A stretch of DNA of 64,000 nt. It comes from Vulcanimicrobiota bacterium. GTDB taxonomy: Bacteria > Vulcanimicrobiota > Vulcanimicrobiia > Vulcanimicrobiales > Vulcanimicrobiaceae. Of this stretch, positions 32,087 to 42,757 are shown piece after piece. Positions within the stretch are counted from its first letter, which is position 1, and each line of letters begins with the position of its first letter. The stretch is from positions 128,001 through 192,000 of the forward strand of contig CAWETW010000001.1 of NCBI GenBank assembly GCA_963812155.1, written 5' to 3'. A program made the translations under genes and the position numbers. Under the pieces are notes generated by a model. It saw nothing but the letters and a program-made list of their open reading frames with translations, ran no database searches and had not been told where the DNA came from.

Positions 32087-35000
32087 ATGCCCCGCCGGAA
32101 CGTGATGGTCATCGGGTCGGGACCGATCGTCATCGGTCAGGCTGCCGAGTTCGATTACGCGGGCGTTCAGGCATGCCGCGCGTTACGTGAGGAAGGTCAC
32201 CGCACCATCCTCGTTAACTCCAATCCCGCCACGATCATGACGGATCCGGAGATCGCCGACGCGGTCTATCTGGAACCGCTGACGGTCGCTTCCATCGAGC
32301 AGATCATCGCACGCGAGCGTCCCGACGCGCTCTTGCCGACGCTCGGCGGCCAAACCGGTCTCAATCTCGCGGTCGAACTGCACGAAGCGGGCGTCCTCGA
32401 ACGCCACGGCGTCGAACTCCTCGGGACGCCGGTCGAGACGATCAAGCTTGCCGAAGACCGCCAGCGATTCAAGCAGAAGATGCTCGAAATCGGCGAGCCC
32501 GTGCCCGAGAGCGAAATCGTTACGCAGGTCGATCAGGGAATCGCGTTCGCGCGGCGCAGCGGGTATCCATTAGTCGTGCGACCGGCATACACGCTCGGCG
32601 GCACGGGCGGCGGCATCGCCTACGACGAGGCGCAACTGCGCGAGACGCTGGATGCCGGACTCGCCGCCAGCCTTATCGGACAAGTGCTGCTGGAAACGTC
32701 TTTACTCGGTTGGAAGGAGATCGAGTACGAAGTCTTGCGCGATCGCGCCGGCAACTGCATCACGGTCTGCAACATGGAGAACATCGATCCCGTCGGCGTG
32801 CACACCGGCGACTCGATCGTCGTCGCGCCGTCGCAGACGCTTTCCGACTACGAATATCAGCTGCTGCGAACCGCGAGCATCAACGTCGTGCGCGCGCTGG
32901 CCGTGCAGGGCGGGTGCAACATTCAGTTCGCACTCCACCCGTTGCGCAGCGAATACGCCATCATCGAAGTCAATCCGCGCGTATCGCGCAGCTCGGCGCT
33001 GGCGTCCAAAGCTACCGGCTACCCGATTGCGAAGATCTCGACCCGCATCGCGCTCGGGCAGACGCTCGACGAGATTCCGAATCCGGTCACCGGGGTGACG
33101 AAGGCCGCATACGAGCCGGCCCTCGATTACGTCGTCGTGAAAATTCCGCGCTGGCCGTTCGACAAGTTTCCGCTCGCCGACGTGCATTTGGGCACGCAGA
33201 TGAAATCGACCGGCGAAGCGATGGGCATCGGACGAACGTTTCGGGCGGCCCTCATCAAAGCGGTGCGCGGGCTGGATCTCAAACGCGAAACTCTGACCGG
33301 TGGTATGGAAGAATGGAGCCGGACGGAACTCGAAGCGATCGTTGCGCGGCCGACCAACGACCGGCTGTTCGCCATCTGCGAGCTGCTGCGGCGCGCGCTC
33401 TATCCCGACACGCTCGACTTCGCCGGCGGCAGAAGTGCGGCCATCGCGCGGATCGCCGAACTCAGCGCCATCGACCGGTTTTGGCTCGACGAACTCGCCG
33501 AACTCGTCGAACTGGAAGAACGCTTGCGCGCGGATCCCAGCCGCGCGGACCGCACGCGGGCGCTCGAATACGGCTACGCATCGCGAACGTTCGGATCGCA
33601 CGGGAACGCGGATCCGCCCGCCGCTTTTCGTATGGTCGACACGGCTGCAGCCGAGTTTCCGGCGAAATCTCCCTACTACTATCTCTCGCGCGGCGAGTCC
33701 GACGAGATGCGGCCGACGCCGCACGAAGCCGTCGTCGTGGTCGGCAGCGGACCGATTCGCATCGGCCAAGGCATCGAGTTCGACTATAGCTGCGTCCACG
33801 CGGCGTGGGCCCTGCGCGCCGCCGGTAAATCACCGGTGGTCGTCAACAACAATCCCGAGACGGTCTCGACCGATTTCGACGTGTCCGACGTGCTCGTCTT
33901 CGAGCCGCCCGGCGCCGACGAAGTGGAAGCCGCCTATCGCGGCACCCGCGCGCGCGGAGTCATCCTCGCCTTCGGCGGCCAAACCGCGATCAATCTCGCC
34001 GCCGAACTGAATGCGCGCGGCGTTCCGATGGTGGGCAGCGATCGCACGTCGCTCGACATGGCGGAAGACCGCGAACAGTTCGACGCCGCGCTCGCGCGGC
34101 TCGGCGTCGCACGTCCGCAGGGTAAGGCCGCGCGCAGTTTTCGCGAAGCGCGCGCGATCGCCCGCGAACTGGGGTTCCCGGTTCTCGTGCGCCCGTCGTT
34201 CGTGCTCGGCGGGCGCGCAATGGAAATCGTTTATAACGAGGGACAGCTCGCATCGTACGCGGAGTCGGCGCCGCCGATCCTGCCCGACGCGCCGCTGCTG
34301 GTGGACAAGTATCTCCGCGGACTCGAGATCGAAGTCGACGCCGTCTTCGACGGCGAGGATCTGCTCGTGCCCGGCATTTTCGAGCACGTGGAACGCGCCG
34401 GCATTCATTCGGGCGACTCGATTAGCGTCTATCCGCCGCAGACCATCGAGGCAGCCATGGAGGAGCGAATCGTCGCGGTCACCGCAGCGATCGCGCGGGA
34501 ACTGGGCATTCGCGGTTCGATCAACATTCAGTTCGTCATCCACGACGGCACCTTGTACATCATCGAAGCCAATCCGCGCGCCAGCCGTACCGTGCCGATC
34601 ATCCAAAAAGCCACGGGCATCAACATCGTCGCCGCCGCAACGCGCGTTGCACTCGGCGAAAAGCTGCGCGACATGCCCTACGGAACGGGTTTGCATCCGC
34701 GGGTTCCGTACGTCGTCGTCAAAGTGCCCGTTTTCTCGTTCTCGAAGATGCGCGGCGTCGAGACCATCCTCGGCCCGGAGATGAAGTCCACGGGAGAGGT
34801 GTTGGGAATCGACGCGACGTTCGCAGGCGCGCTGCTCAAGGGCTTTCTTGCGGCCGGCGTGCGCCTGCCCGGAAGCGGCGGACGCATCCTCGTCTCGATC
34901 GCCGACGAAGAGAAGCGCGAATCGGTCGACGTGTTGCGCCGTTACGCGCGAATGGGGCACGCGCTGGTTGCGACGCCCGGGACGCGCGCCGTTCTGGAGT

Positions 35001-35284
35001 CGGCCGGCATTCCCGCCGCACCGATCAACAAGATCGCCGACGGCTCGCCGCACGTCATCGACTTGATTGCATCGCGCGGCGTGGATCTCGTCATCAACGA
35101 TGCCAAGGGCTCGCGTGAAATCTCCGATAACTACAAGATTCGCCGCACGGCGGTAGAAGCGGGTATTGCGTGTTTGACCAGTTTAGACACGGCACGGGCG
35201 CTGGCGGAGGCGCTCGAAAGCACGGCCGGACCTCCGCGGAGCCTGCAAGAGTACCGCACGGCGGAACCGACAGCGGCGCGTTGA
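32087..35284 (+). CDS. carB: Carbamoyl-phosphate synthase large subunit
   Basis: GSGPIVIGQAAEFDY, two ATP-grasp halves, GSGPIRIGQGIEFDY, C-terminal MGS domain. Confidence 0.98.
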   Translation: MPRRNVMVIGSGPIVIGQAAEFDYAGVQACRALREEGHRTILVNSNPATIMTDPEIADAVYLEPLTVASIEQIIARERPDALLPTLGGQTGLNLAVELHEAGVLERHGVELLGTPVETIKLAEDRQRFKQKMLEIGEPVPESEIVTQVDQGIAFARRSGYPLVVRPAYTLGGTGGGIAYDEAQLRETLDAGLAASLIGQVLLETSLLGWKEIEYEVLRDRAGNCITVCNMENIDPVGVHTGDSIVVAPSQTLSDYEYQLLRTASINVVRALAVQGGCNIQFALHPLRSEYAIIEVNPRVSRSSALASKATGYPIAKISTRIALGQTLDEIPNPVTGVTKAAYEPALDYVVVKIPRWPFDKFPLADVHLGTQMKSTGEAMGIGRTFRAALIKAVRGLDLKRETLTGGMEEWSRTELEAIVARPTNDRLFAICELLRRALYPDTLDFAGGRSAAIARIAELSAIDRFWLDELAELVELEERLRADPSRADRTRALEYGYASRTFGSHGNADPPAAFRMVDTAAAEFPAKSPYYYLSRGESDEMRPTPHEAVVVVGSGPIRIGQGIEFDYSCVHAAWALRAAGKSPVVVNNNPETVSTDFDVSDVLVFEPPGADEVEAAYRGTRARGVILAFGGQTAINLAAELNARGVPMVGSDRTSLDMAEDREQFDAALARLGVARPQGKAARSFREARAIARELGFPVLVRPSFVLGGRAMEIVYNEGQLASYAESAPPILPDAPLLVDKYLRGLEIEVDAVFDGEDLLVPGIFEHVERAGIHSGDSISVYPPQTIEAAMEERIVAVTAAIARELGIRGSINIQFVIHDGTLYIIEANPRASRTVPIIQKATGINIVAAATRVALGEKLRDMPYGTGLHPRVPYVVVKVPVFSFSKMRGVETILGPEMKSTGEVLGIDATFAGALLKGFLAAGVRLPGSGGRILVSIADEEKRESVDVLRRYARMGHALVATPGTRAVLESAGIPAAPINKIADGSPHVIDLIASRGVDLVINDAKGSREISDNYKIRRTAVEAGIACLTSLDTARALAEALESTAGPPRSLQEYRTAEPTAAR

Positions 35285-36018
35285 CGGGCGAATCGGAGGA
35301 AGAACCCCGCGTCTTCGTCATCGGCGGCAATTCCAGCACGCTGGCGTTGGTCAACAGTTTCGTTCCGCAGGGCGGCGCCATCACGACGCGGCTGCTGCCG
35401 CTGGCGGTGACGCCGATCGGCACGGTCATCGGCGATGCATGGCAGAACGCCGGAATCGCGTTGAACGGTTTGTTCGATTGGGTCGAGCGCACGTTTCCGC
35501 CCGAAGACGAGCGCGCATTCGTCGTCGCGCCCCGCGACATCGAGCTGCTGATCCGCGTCGGCTGGCACGCGCCGCTGCCCGAAGCGATTTCCGAAGCCAC
35601 CGTGCTCAACATTGAAGACCTTCCCGACGACGTCGCGGAAGCGATCGCGCACGGTCCCGAAGCGATCGTGCAGTGCGCCGCCTGCCGCCGCTTGTGCGTT
35701 CGCGACGACTTCGTGTGGAAAGAGAAGCAGTTATGCGCCTGGGACTACCACGCGCAAGTGTTCGGCCGGCGCGGACCCTGGCGAAACGGCCCGTACGAAG
35801 AACGGCATTTCGAAACGCTTCCGTCGGCCGGGTACGTCGCGCCCGCGTTGCTGGGAGAGGGTGGCGTGGACCTCGTCCTGGGTCTCAATGCCGTCGACGA
35901 AGCGACCGCACGCAAGGCGATCAACGTCGTCCTCGAGGACGATGCCAAGCGCTCGCACATGGCGGTGCGGACGAGCGGAGGTTTCAACGTGTTGCGTGAG
36001 ACGGACGCATCGGAATGA
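35281..36018 (+). CDS. Hypothetical protein with Cys/His cluster
   Basis: TTGA overlap with carB and ATGA overlap with the PBP gene; CAACRRLC...LCAWDYH. Confidence 0.7.
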   Translation: MTGESEEEPRVFVIGGNSSTLALVNSFVPQGGAITTRLLPLAVTPIGTVIGDAWQNAGIALNGLFDWVERTFPPEDERAFVVAPRDIELLIRVGWHAPLPEAISEATVLNIEDLPDDVAEAIAHGPEAIVQCAACRRLCVRDDFVWKEKQLCAWDYHAQVFGRRGPWRNGPYEERHFETLPSAGYVAPALLGEGGVDLVLGLNAVDEATARKAINVVLEDDAKRSHMAVRTSGGFNVLRETDASE

Positions 36019-37421
36019 CGAACCGCGCCATGGCCGCGCTGTCGACGGTTTTCGCGCTGCTCTTCGTGGTCGTGTTCGCGCGCCAGTTCTACGTCCAGAC
36101 CATCGGCGCAGCGTCGATCGCGGCGAAACCCGGTAATCCGCGCCACGCTTTGCTCGACGCCTATCGCGGGCGCATCTTGGCGACCGACGGCACCGTCTTG
36201 GCCGAAAGCCGTGGCGGCGCACGCGCGTACCCGTTCGCAGACGCGCTCGCGCAAACGGTCGGCTACGTCTCGGTGCGGTATGGAACGAGCGGCATCGAGG
36301 ACGCCTACGACCGTGCGTTAACGCCGCCCGAGACGGCCGGCGATCCGCTGGCGCAACTCGACGAAATTCGCGCCGCGCTAAGCGGCACCTCACTCGTGAG
36401 CCGCGGCGCCGACGTCGTAACGACGATCGAGCCGCCGGTGCAGCAGCGTCTGTACGATCTGCTGGCGCACTACCGGCGCGCCGCCGGCGTCGTGCTCGAT
36501 CCGCGCACCGGCGCGGTGCTGGCGATGGCCAGCGTCCCCAGCTACGATCCCAATCACCTGGATGCGGAATTTTCCAGCCTCACGTCCGACCCGGGCAGTC
36601 CGTTGCTCAATCGGGCCCTCGACGGCAGCTATCCGCCGGGATCGACCTTCAAAATGTTCACGGCCGCCTCGGCTCTCGATAACGGCACCGTCACGATGGA
36701 TTCGCATTTCGACGATCCCGGCTATCTCGTCATCGGAAACTACACGCTCCACGACAACGAAAGCGAAGCGACCGGCTACCAAGATCTCACCAACGCCTTT
36801 GCACTCTCGAGCAACGTCGACTTCGCGCAGATCGCGCTCAAAATGGGCAACGCCGATTTCTATCGCTACCTCGACCGTTGGGGCATCGGCAACTCACTGG
36901 ATTTCCAATTGCCGGCGCAGAGCGCGTCGGTACCGCCGAAGGCCGATATCGTTCCCGGAGAACTCGCCCAAATGGGGTTCGGTCAGGGCGCGCTGCTCGC
37001 TACGCCGCTGCAGATGGCGTTGATCGGTGCAACGATTGCCGGCGGCGGAGTAGAGCCGCGCCCGTTCGTCGTGCGCCAAGTCGTGCGCGACGGCGCAGCT
37101 GCGAGCGTTTCGCCCCAAAGCTCGTTGGCGAACCCGGTATCCGCCGACGTGGCCGCGAACGTGACGAAGATGATGATTGCGGTCGTGGAACGCGGCACCG
37201 GGACCCCGGCGCGGCTCCCCCACATAAGCGTTGCCGGCAAGACGGGGACGGCGACCAATCCGCTGGGCCGTTCGCACGCTTGGTTCGTGTGTTTTGCGCC
37301 CGCCGGCCATCCGCGCGTCGCCGTTGCCATCGTCGTGGAGAACGTCGGCTACGGTGCGACCTACGCCGCACCGATCGCGCGCGACGTGCTCGAAACGGCG
37401 CTCGAGTACCCCGGGAGTTGA
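36015..37421 (+). CDS. Class B penicillin-binding transpeptidase (PbpA-like)
   Basis: N-terminal TM, RGRILA.DG, STFK, SSN, KTGT motifs. Confidence 0.92.
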   Translation: MTNRAMAALSTVFALLFVVVFARQFYVQTIGAASIAAKPGNPRHALLDAYRGRILATDGTVLAESRGGARAYPFADALAQTVGYVSVRYGTSGIEDAYDRALTPPETAGDPLAQLDEIRAALSGTSLVSRGADVVTTIEPPVQQRLYDLLAHYRRAAGVVLDPRTGAVLAMASVPSYDPNHLDAEFSSLTSDPGSPLLNRALDGSYPPGSTFKMFTAASALDNGTVTMDSHFDDPGYLVIGNYTLHDNESEATGYQDLTNAFALSSNVDFAQIALKMGNADFYRYLDRWGIGNSLDFQLPAQSASVPPKADIVPGELAQMGFGQGALLATPLQMALIGATIAGGGVEPRPFVVRQVVRDGAAASVSPQSSLANPVSADVAANVTKMMIAVVERGTGTPARLPHISVAGKTGTATNPLGRSHAWFVCFAPAGHPRVAVAIVVENVGYGATYAAPIARDVLETALEYPGS

Positions 37422-37431
37422 GGAACCTCCG

Positions 37432-39522
37432 ATAGACGAGCGCATCTTCAACAATCGCTATCGCCTCGACAGCAAGTTGGGCGAAGGCGGAATGGCAACG
37501 GTTTTCTGCGGCACGGACACCGTGCTGCGCCGTCGCGTCGCCATCAAGGTTTTACGCGAACAGTACGCCGCCGATCAGGAGTTCGTACGCCGCTTCTACC
37601 AAGAGGCCGAGTCGGCCGCGCGTCTGTCGCATCCGAACATCGTCAACACCTTCGACGTCGGCCGCGAGGGCGACACGTATTACATCGTCATGGAGCTCGT
37701 CGACGGATCGTCGCTGGCCGAAATCATCGCCGCCGACGGAAAACTTCCCGAGCCGGTCGCCCTCGACTATGCGGCGCAGATCGCCAGCGGTCTCGCCTAC
37801 GCCCATCGCGTCGGGCTGCTGCACCGCGACATCAAACCGGCCAACATCCTCATCACGAAAGACGACGTCGTAAAACTTTCCGATTTCGGCATAGCGCGGG
37901 CCGTCTCGGAACACACGATGACGCTCACCAAACCGGGGCTCGTGATGGGCAGCGTCTACTATATTTCTCCCGAACAGGCACAGGGGCACGAGTTGCACGA
38001 CACCTCGGACTTGTACAGCCTCGGCGTGGTGCTCTATCAAATGCTCACCGGAGCGCTGCCCTTTTCGGGAGAGTCGCCGGTTACGGTGGCGCTCAAACAC
38101 ATCGGCGACCCGGTTCCGACGATCGACACGCGCCGCGTCGGCGTGAGCCCCGCGCTCGCCGCAATCGTCAACAAACTGCTGCAGAAGAAGCCAGAGCACC
38201 GATTCGGCTCGGCAAGCGATTTGGCGAGCGCTCTGCGCGAAGCGCGCGAACGTCCGGCGGTGGCCGGCTACCGGCTCGCCGACGACGCGCCGACGCAAAC
38301 GCTGCGCCTCTCACGCTCGCTGCCGCCGCGCCGGTCGCCGCTTCCCGACCGGCCCTATGCCGACGGCGACGAACGCGACGAACGTCCGCAGGGCCGGGGC
38401 TGGATCGTCGCACTGCTTGCCGTATTTCTCATCGCCGCCACGGCCGGCGGGTACTATCTCTTCGGGCGCCCGCTGCCGAACTTCGCGGCGACCGTTGCGG
38501 TTGCGGACTACACGAATATGGCGGACGTGCAGGCCCAGCAGGCGATCGTCAACGCCGGGCTGCGCGTGCGCTTCGTCAAGAGCCCGAGCGACACGGTCGC
38601 AGCTAATCACGTGATCCGGCAAAATCCGCCGGCCGGCACCGCGGTCGCGCGCGACGCGCTGGTCGAACTCGTCGTCAGCAACGGAAAGCCGCTGGTCGGC
38701 CTGCTCGACGTGCGCGGCTACTCCGCGCTCGACGCGCAGCGCACGCTGCAAGCGCAGGGATTCGCCGTGACCGTCGTGCGCAAGTACGACAGCAGCGCGA
38801 AGGACAACGTCATCGATCAGCAGCCGAAAGCGGGAGCGCAGGTTCCGCAGGCGAGCCGGGTCACGCTGGTCGTCTCCAACGGCGCGCAGCCCGTCGAGGT
38901 CCCGAACTTCGTCGGCATGTCGGCAGCGAAGGCGCGCGATGCGGCCGCGCGCGCCGGAATCTCGCTCGATACGTCGCAGCAGTCCGCGATCGCGGGCGTT
39001 CCGGCCGGCACGATCGCTTCGCAGGATCCGCCCGCGGGCTCACATCTGCAGAAGGGCGCGGGCGTAAGCGCCGTCGTGAGCACCGGCGTACAGGCGCTCC
39101 CGCCTGCCGCTCCGGCGGGCGTGACGACGATCACCGTTCCGACCGTCGTCGGCAAGAAGTATCAAGAAGCGATCGACGCGACCTTGGCCGGCGGTTTCCG
39201 AGCCGCGGTACAGTTCCAAGTGCTGGCGTCGGGCAACGGCACGATCGTCAGCCAGCAGCCGCCGCCTTCGACACAGTTGGCGCAAGGTTCGCCGATCACG
39301 CTCGTTCTCTCGGTTTCCGGCGAAGTGCCCGACACCGAGGGCATGACCGTCGAAGGTGCGCGCGCGACGTTATCGTCGTACGGCTACGGCGTCGCGCAAA
39401 CGCGCTTCACGACGTCGGCCGGCGCGGGAGGGCGCGTGGTCGGCACCGACCCCGCGGCCGGAACGACGCTCAGCCCGGGATCGGGCGTGGTGCTCATCGT
39501 TAACGGCACCGGACCTCCGTAA
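37432..39522 (+). CDS. pknB: PASTA-domain Ser/Thr protein kinase (Stk1/PknB family)
   Basis: GEGGMA, VAIK, HRDIKPAN, DFGIA, SPE; TM helix; about five PASTA repeats; start placed at ATA 37432. Confidence 0.93.
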   Translation: MDERIFNNRYRLDSKLGEGGMATVFCGTDTVLRRRVAIKVLREQYAADQEFVRRFYQEAESAARLSHPNIVNTFDVGREGDTYYIVMELVDGSSLAEIIAADGKLPEPVALDYAAQIASGLAYAHRVGLLHRDIKPANILITKDDVVKLSDFGIARAVSEHTMTLTKPGLVMGSVYYISPEQAQGHELHDTSDLYSLGVVLYQMLTGALPFSGESPVTVALKHIGDPVPTIDTRRVGVSPALAAIVNKLLQKKPEHRFGSASDLASALREARERPAVAGYRLADDAPTQTLRLSRSLPPRRSPLPDRPYADGDERDERPQGRGWIVALLAVFLIAATAGGYYLFGRPLPNFAATVAVADYTNMADVQAQQAIVNAGLRVRFVKSPSDTVAANHVIRQNPPAGTAVARDALVELVVSNGKPLVGLLDVRGYSALDAQRTLQAQGFAVTVVRKYDSSAKDNVIDQQPKAGAQVPQASRVTLVVSNGAQPVEVPNFVGMSAAKARDAAARAGISLDTSQQSAIAGVPAGTIASQDPPAGSHLQKGAGVSAVVSTGVQALPPAAPAGVTTITVPTVVGKKYQEAIDATLAGGFRAAVQFQVLASGNGTIVSQQPPPSTQLAQGSPITLVLSVSGEVPDTEGMTVEGARATLSSYGYGVAQTRFTTSAGAGGRVVGTDPAAGTTLSPGSGVVLIVNGTGPP

Positions 39523-39538
39523 AGGGAACCGGCCACTC

Positions 39539-40036
39539 GTGATAGTGCTCGGCATCGATCCCGCGCTGCGCACCACCGGCTACGGCGTGATCGATGCCGG
39601 CGGGCGCCGCGTGCGCTTGGTGGAAGCCGGCGTCGTCGCGCCGCGCAGCGATTCGCCGCTCGAACGCCGGCTGCACGCGCTCCATGCGGGCATCGCCGAA
39701 GTCATCGCACAAACGCGCCCCGAGCTCGTCGTCATCGAAGAACTCTACACCTCGTATCGCAACCCGGGAACGGCACTGCTGATGGCGCACGCGCGCGGCG
39801 TGCTGTGCTTGGCGGCCGCCGAGGCGGGCGCCGCCGTGCATACGCTCGGGCACGCGCGCGTCAAACGGGCGCTCGTCGGTTCGGGCAGCGCGCGCAAGTC
39901 GCAGGTCAACGCGATGGTAACGCATCTGCTCGGCTTGCGCACCGCGCCCAAGCCCGACGACGTTTCGGACGCGCTCGCACTCGCACTGGCCTTCGTAAAC
40001 ATCGCGCAGGCGCGGCGTTCCTTAAGAGGCGCCTGA
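39539..40036 (+). CDS. ruvC: Holliday junction resolvase
   Basis: VLGIDP..TTGYGVI, VIEE, VKRAL.GSG.A.K.QV, DDVSDALA. Confidence 0.95.
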   Translation: MIVLGIDPALRTTGYGVIDAGGRRVRLVEAGVVAPRSDSPLERRLHALHAGIAEVIAQTRPELVVIEELYTSYRNPGTALLMAHARGVLCLAAAEAGAAVHTLGHARVKRALVGSGSARKSQVNAMVTHLLGLRTAPKPDDVSDALALALAFVNIAQARRSLRGA

Positions 40037-40662
40037 TGTTCTCGCGCATCACCGGTTCCCTGATCGAGCGCAGCGGCGACCGTGCGATCGTCGAAGCGGC
40101 GGGCTTGGGCTATGAGATCGTGCTGCCGCCGTGCGTCGCAGACAAAATTGCGCCGGCGCCGAACGGCCCGCTGACGCTGGAGATTTACGCCGTGCTGAAC
40201 GTCGAGGGCAACAGCGGCCGATTCACCTACTACGGCTTTACCAACGCGATCGAGCGCGAGTTCTTCGAAGCGCTAATCACGGTGGCATCGATCGGCCCGC
40301 GCTCGGCGGCACGGGCTTTTTCGCAGCCGATGTCGGCGATCGCGCGCGCGATCGATCGCGGGGACCACGCATACTTGAAAAGCTTGCCGGGCATCGGTCA
40401 GCAGAAGGCGCGCGACATCGTCGCCAAACTCCAGGGGAAGGTGGCGAAGTTCTTGCTGATTCAAGACGCGCCGCCTGCGGCGGCGCCGGAGATGCCGGAT
40501 TTCGCCGGGGAGGCACTCGCCGTGCTGCTGCAGCTCGAGTATAAACGCTCCGAAGCCGAAGCGATGATCCGAGAAACGCTCGAAGCGGCACCGCAGATCG
40601 CCGACGCCGAACGCCTGCTGGCGGAGATTTACCGCCGTAAAGCGTCGAAAGAGCCGTCGTGA
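40036..40662 (+). CDS. ruvA: Holliday junction branch migration protein
   Basis: Between ruvC and ruvB; GLGYEI, YGF...ERE.FE.LITV..IGP, LPGIG HhH motifs. Confidence 0.92.
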   Translation: MFSRITGSLIERSGDRAIVEAAGLGYEIVLPPCVADKIAPAPNGPLTLEIYAVLNVEGNSGRFTYYGFTNAIEREFFEALITVASIGPRSAARAFSQPMSAIARAIDRGDHAYLKSLPGIGQQKARDIVAKLQGKVAKFLLIQDAPPAAAPEMPDFAGEALAVLLQLEYKRSEAEAMIRETLEAAPQIADAERLLAEIYRRKASKEPS

Positions 40663-41747
40663 ACGAGAACCCCGCTCGCAAACGGCTGCTTGGGCCCGAC
40701 GACGTCCGCGACGAGGCGTCTTCGGCCTTCGAGGGGCGCGTCATCGATCCGAACGACACGCTCGAAGACGAGGTCTACGGTGCGAGCCTTCGCCCGCGCA
40801 CGTTCGAGGACTACGTCGGCCAAGAAAGCGTCGTCGAAAATCTCCGCATCTCGATCGACGCTGCGCGGCGCCGCGGCGAGCCGCTCGAGCACGTCTTGTT
40901 CTACGGCCCCCCAGGCCTCGGCAAGACGACGCTTGCGGGTCTCATCGCGCGGGCACTGGACGCCAACTTCCGGCCGACCAGCGGTCCGACGCTCGAAAAG
41001 CCGAAAGATCTGGTCGGAATACTCACCGCGCTCGAAGACGGCGACGTCTTTTTCGTCGACGAGATTCATCGCCTCGGCCGCGTCGTCGAAGAGTTTCTCT
41101 ATCCGGCGATGGAGGATTTTCAAATCGACTTCATCGTCGATCGCGGAGCCTACGCCAAGACGCTCAAACTGCCGTTGAAACGCTTCACCCTCGTCGGTGC
41201 GACGACGCGCGCCGGCATGCTGACCGCTCCGTTGCGCGAGCGCTTCGGCATCGTGCATCATCTCGACTACTACGCGCCGTCCGATCTCGAACGCATCGTG
41301 CGCCGCTCGGCGACCGTGCTCGGCGTACCGATCGACGAAGACGGTGCGGCAACGATCGCGCGCCGCAGCCGCGGAACGCCGCGCATCGCCAATCGCCTGC
41401 TGCGTCGCGTTCGCGACTTCGCCGAGGTGCGCGCCGGCGGCAGCATCACCGCCGCCGTCGCCGCCGAAGCGCTGCAGCGTGAAGGCGTCGACGAACTCGG
41501 GTTGGATCGCCTCGACCGCGCGTTCTTGCGCACCATCGTCGAGCAATATCGCGGCGGCCCGGTCGGGATTGCGGCGATTGCGGCAACGCTCACCGAAGAT
41601 GCCGAAACGCTCGAAGACGTGGTCGAGCCGTATTTGCTCAAGCAAGGTTTCGTGACGCGGACGGCCTCCGGACGGCGTGCGACGCCCAACGCCTATCGGC
41701 ATCTCGGCGTCGCGGTCCGCGAGTCGCTCCAGGAGCGTTTGCTCTGA
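40659..41747 (+). CDS. ruvB: Holliday junction branch migration helicase
   Basis: LRP..FEDYVGQ, GPPGLGKTT, DEIHRL, GATTRAG, SRGTPRIANRLLRRVRD. Confidence 0.98.
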   Translation: MNENPARKRLLGPDDVRDEASSAFEGRVIDPNDTLEDEVYGASLRPRTFEDYVGQESVVENLRISIDAARRRGEPLEHVLFYGPPGLGKTTLAGLIARALDANFRPTSGPTLEKPKDLVGILTALEDGDVFFVDEIHRLGRVVEEFLYPAMEDFQIDFIVDRGAYAKTLKLPLKRFTLVGATTRAGMLTAPLRERFGIVHHLDYYAPSDLERIVRRSATVLGVPIDEDGAATIARRSRGTPRIANRLLRRVRDFAEVRAGGSITAAVAAEALQREGVDELGLDRLDRAFLRTIVEQYRGGPVGIAAIAATLTEDAETLEDVVEPYLLKQGFVTRTASGRRATPNAYRHLGVAVRESLQERLL

Positions 41748-41752
41748 CGCGA

Positions 41753-42745
41753 ATGAGCCGTGCGGCATTCGTCGCGCTGGCGGCCGCTGCCGCCGCGTAT
41801 CCGCGCTCGCTGCGCGCGAGCGACGACGCCGACCCGGCCTCCCAGAGTGCGTCGCCGGCGCTGCGCGTGCTGCTCGGTCCGGGCGACGCGCAGCCGTCAC
41901 CGGGCGGCGGATTTTTTTTCAACGGGCGCCCGTACCGCGGCACGTTTCAACGATTGCCGGACGGGACGATCGTCAACGTCGTCGACGTCGAGCAGTATCT
42001 GTACGCGGTCGTGCCGCACGAAATGCCGTCGTCGTGGCCGGCAGCGGCATTGCAGGCGCAAGCCGTCTGCGCGCGCACCTACGTGCTGCAGCGCAGCGAT
42101 CCGCGGCGCGCCTACGATCTCGTTCCGTCGGAAGCCGATCAAGTCTACGCAGGCGCCGGCGCCGAGTCGCCGGCCGGCCGTTCCGCGGTCGATGCGACCG
42201 CCGGCCAAGTGCTGCGATTCGGCGCCGGGTACGCGTCGATCGCGTATTCATCGTGTTGCGGGGGGCACACGGAGGCCGCGGCCGACGCGTGGAGCGGCGG
42301 CGCGCTGGTCCCGTATCTTTCCGGCGTTTCCTGTCCGTACTGCACGCAGTCACCGAACTACCGCTGGAGCGTTTCGGTCGCAACGGCCGACGTCGCGCAG
42401 CGCTTTTCAACGCAACTGGCCGGCGCCGGCACGCTGCACGACGTGCGCGTCACGGACCTCGACGGGAGCGGACGCGCGCGCGCCGTTACGCTCGTCGCCG
42501 ATCGCAGCGTCACCATCAAGGGCAGCGTCTTTCGCCTCTCGATGGGGCCGCGCGTCGTGCGCAGCCTCCTGTTGACGAACGTCCGTGCCGACCTGCGTCT
42601 TGCCACGGTCGAAATCGACGGCGGCGGTTTGGGTCACGGCGTCGGAATGTGCCAATGGGGAGCGCGCGGCATGGCGCAACTCGGCCGTACGTCGAACGAC
42701 GTGCTCTCGTTGTACTTTCCCGGCACGACGGTCGGCACGTTCTGA
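41753..42745 (+). CDS. SpoIID/LytB domain protein
   Basis: YRG, EQYLYAVVP.EMP.SW..AAL.AQAV.ARTY, DQVY, GHGVGMCQWGA. Confidence 0.92.
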   Translation: MSRAAFVALAAAAAAYPRSLRASDDADPASQSASPALRVLLGPGDAQPSPGGGFFFNGRPYRGTFQRLPDGTIVNVVDVEQYLYAVVPHEMPSSWPAAALQAQAVCARTYVLQRSDPRRAYDLVPSEADQVYAGAGAESPAGRSAVDATAGQVLRFGAGYASIAYSSCCGGHTEAAADAWSGGALVPYLSGVSCPYCTQSPNYRWSVSVATADVAQRFSTQLAGAGTLHDVRVTDLDGSGRARAVTLVADRSVTIKGSVFRLSMGPRVVRSLLLTNVRADLRLATVEIDGGGLGHGVGMCQWGARGMAQLGRTSNDVLSLYFPGTTVGTF

Positions 42746-42757
42746 AACGAATCCATC

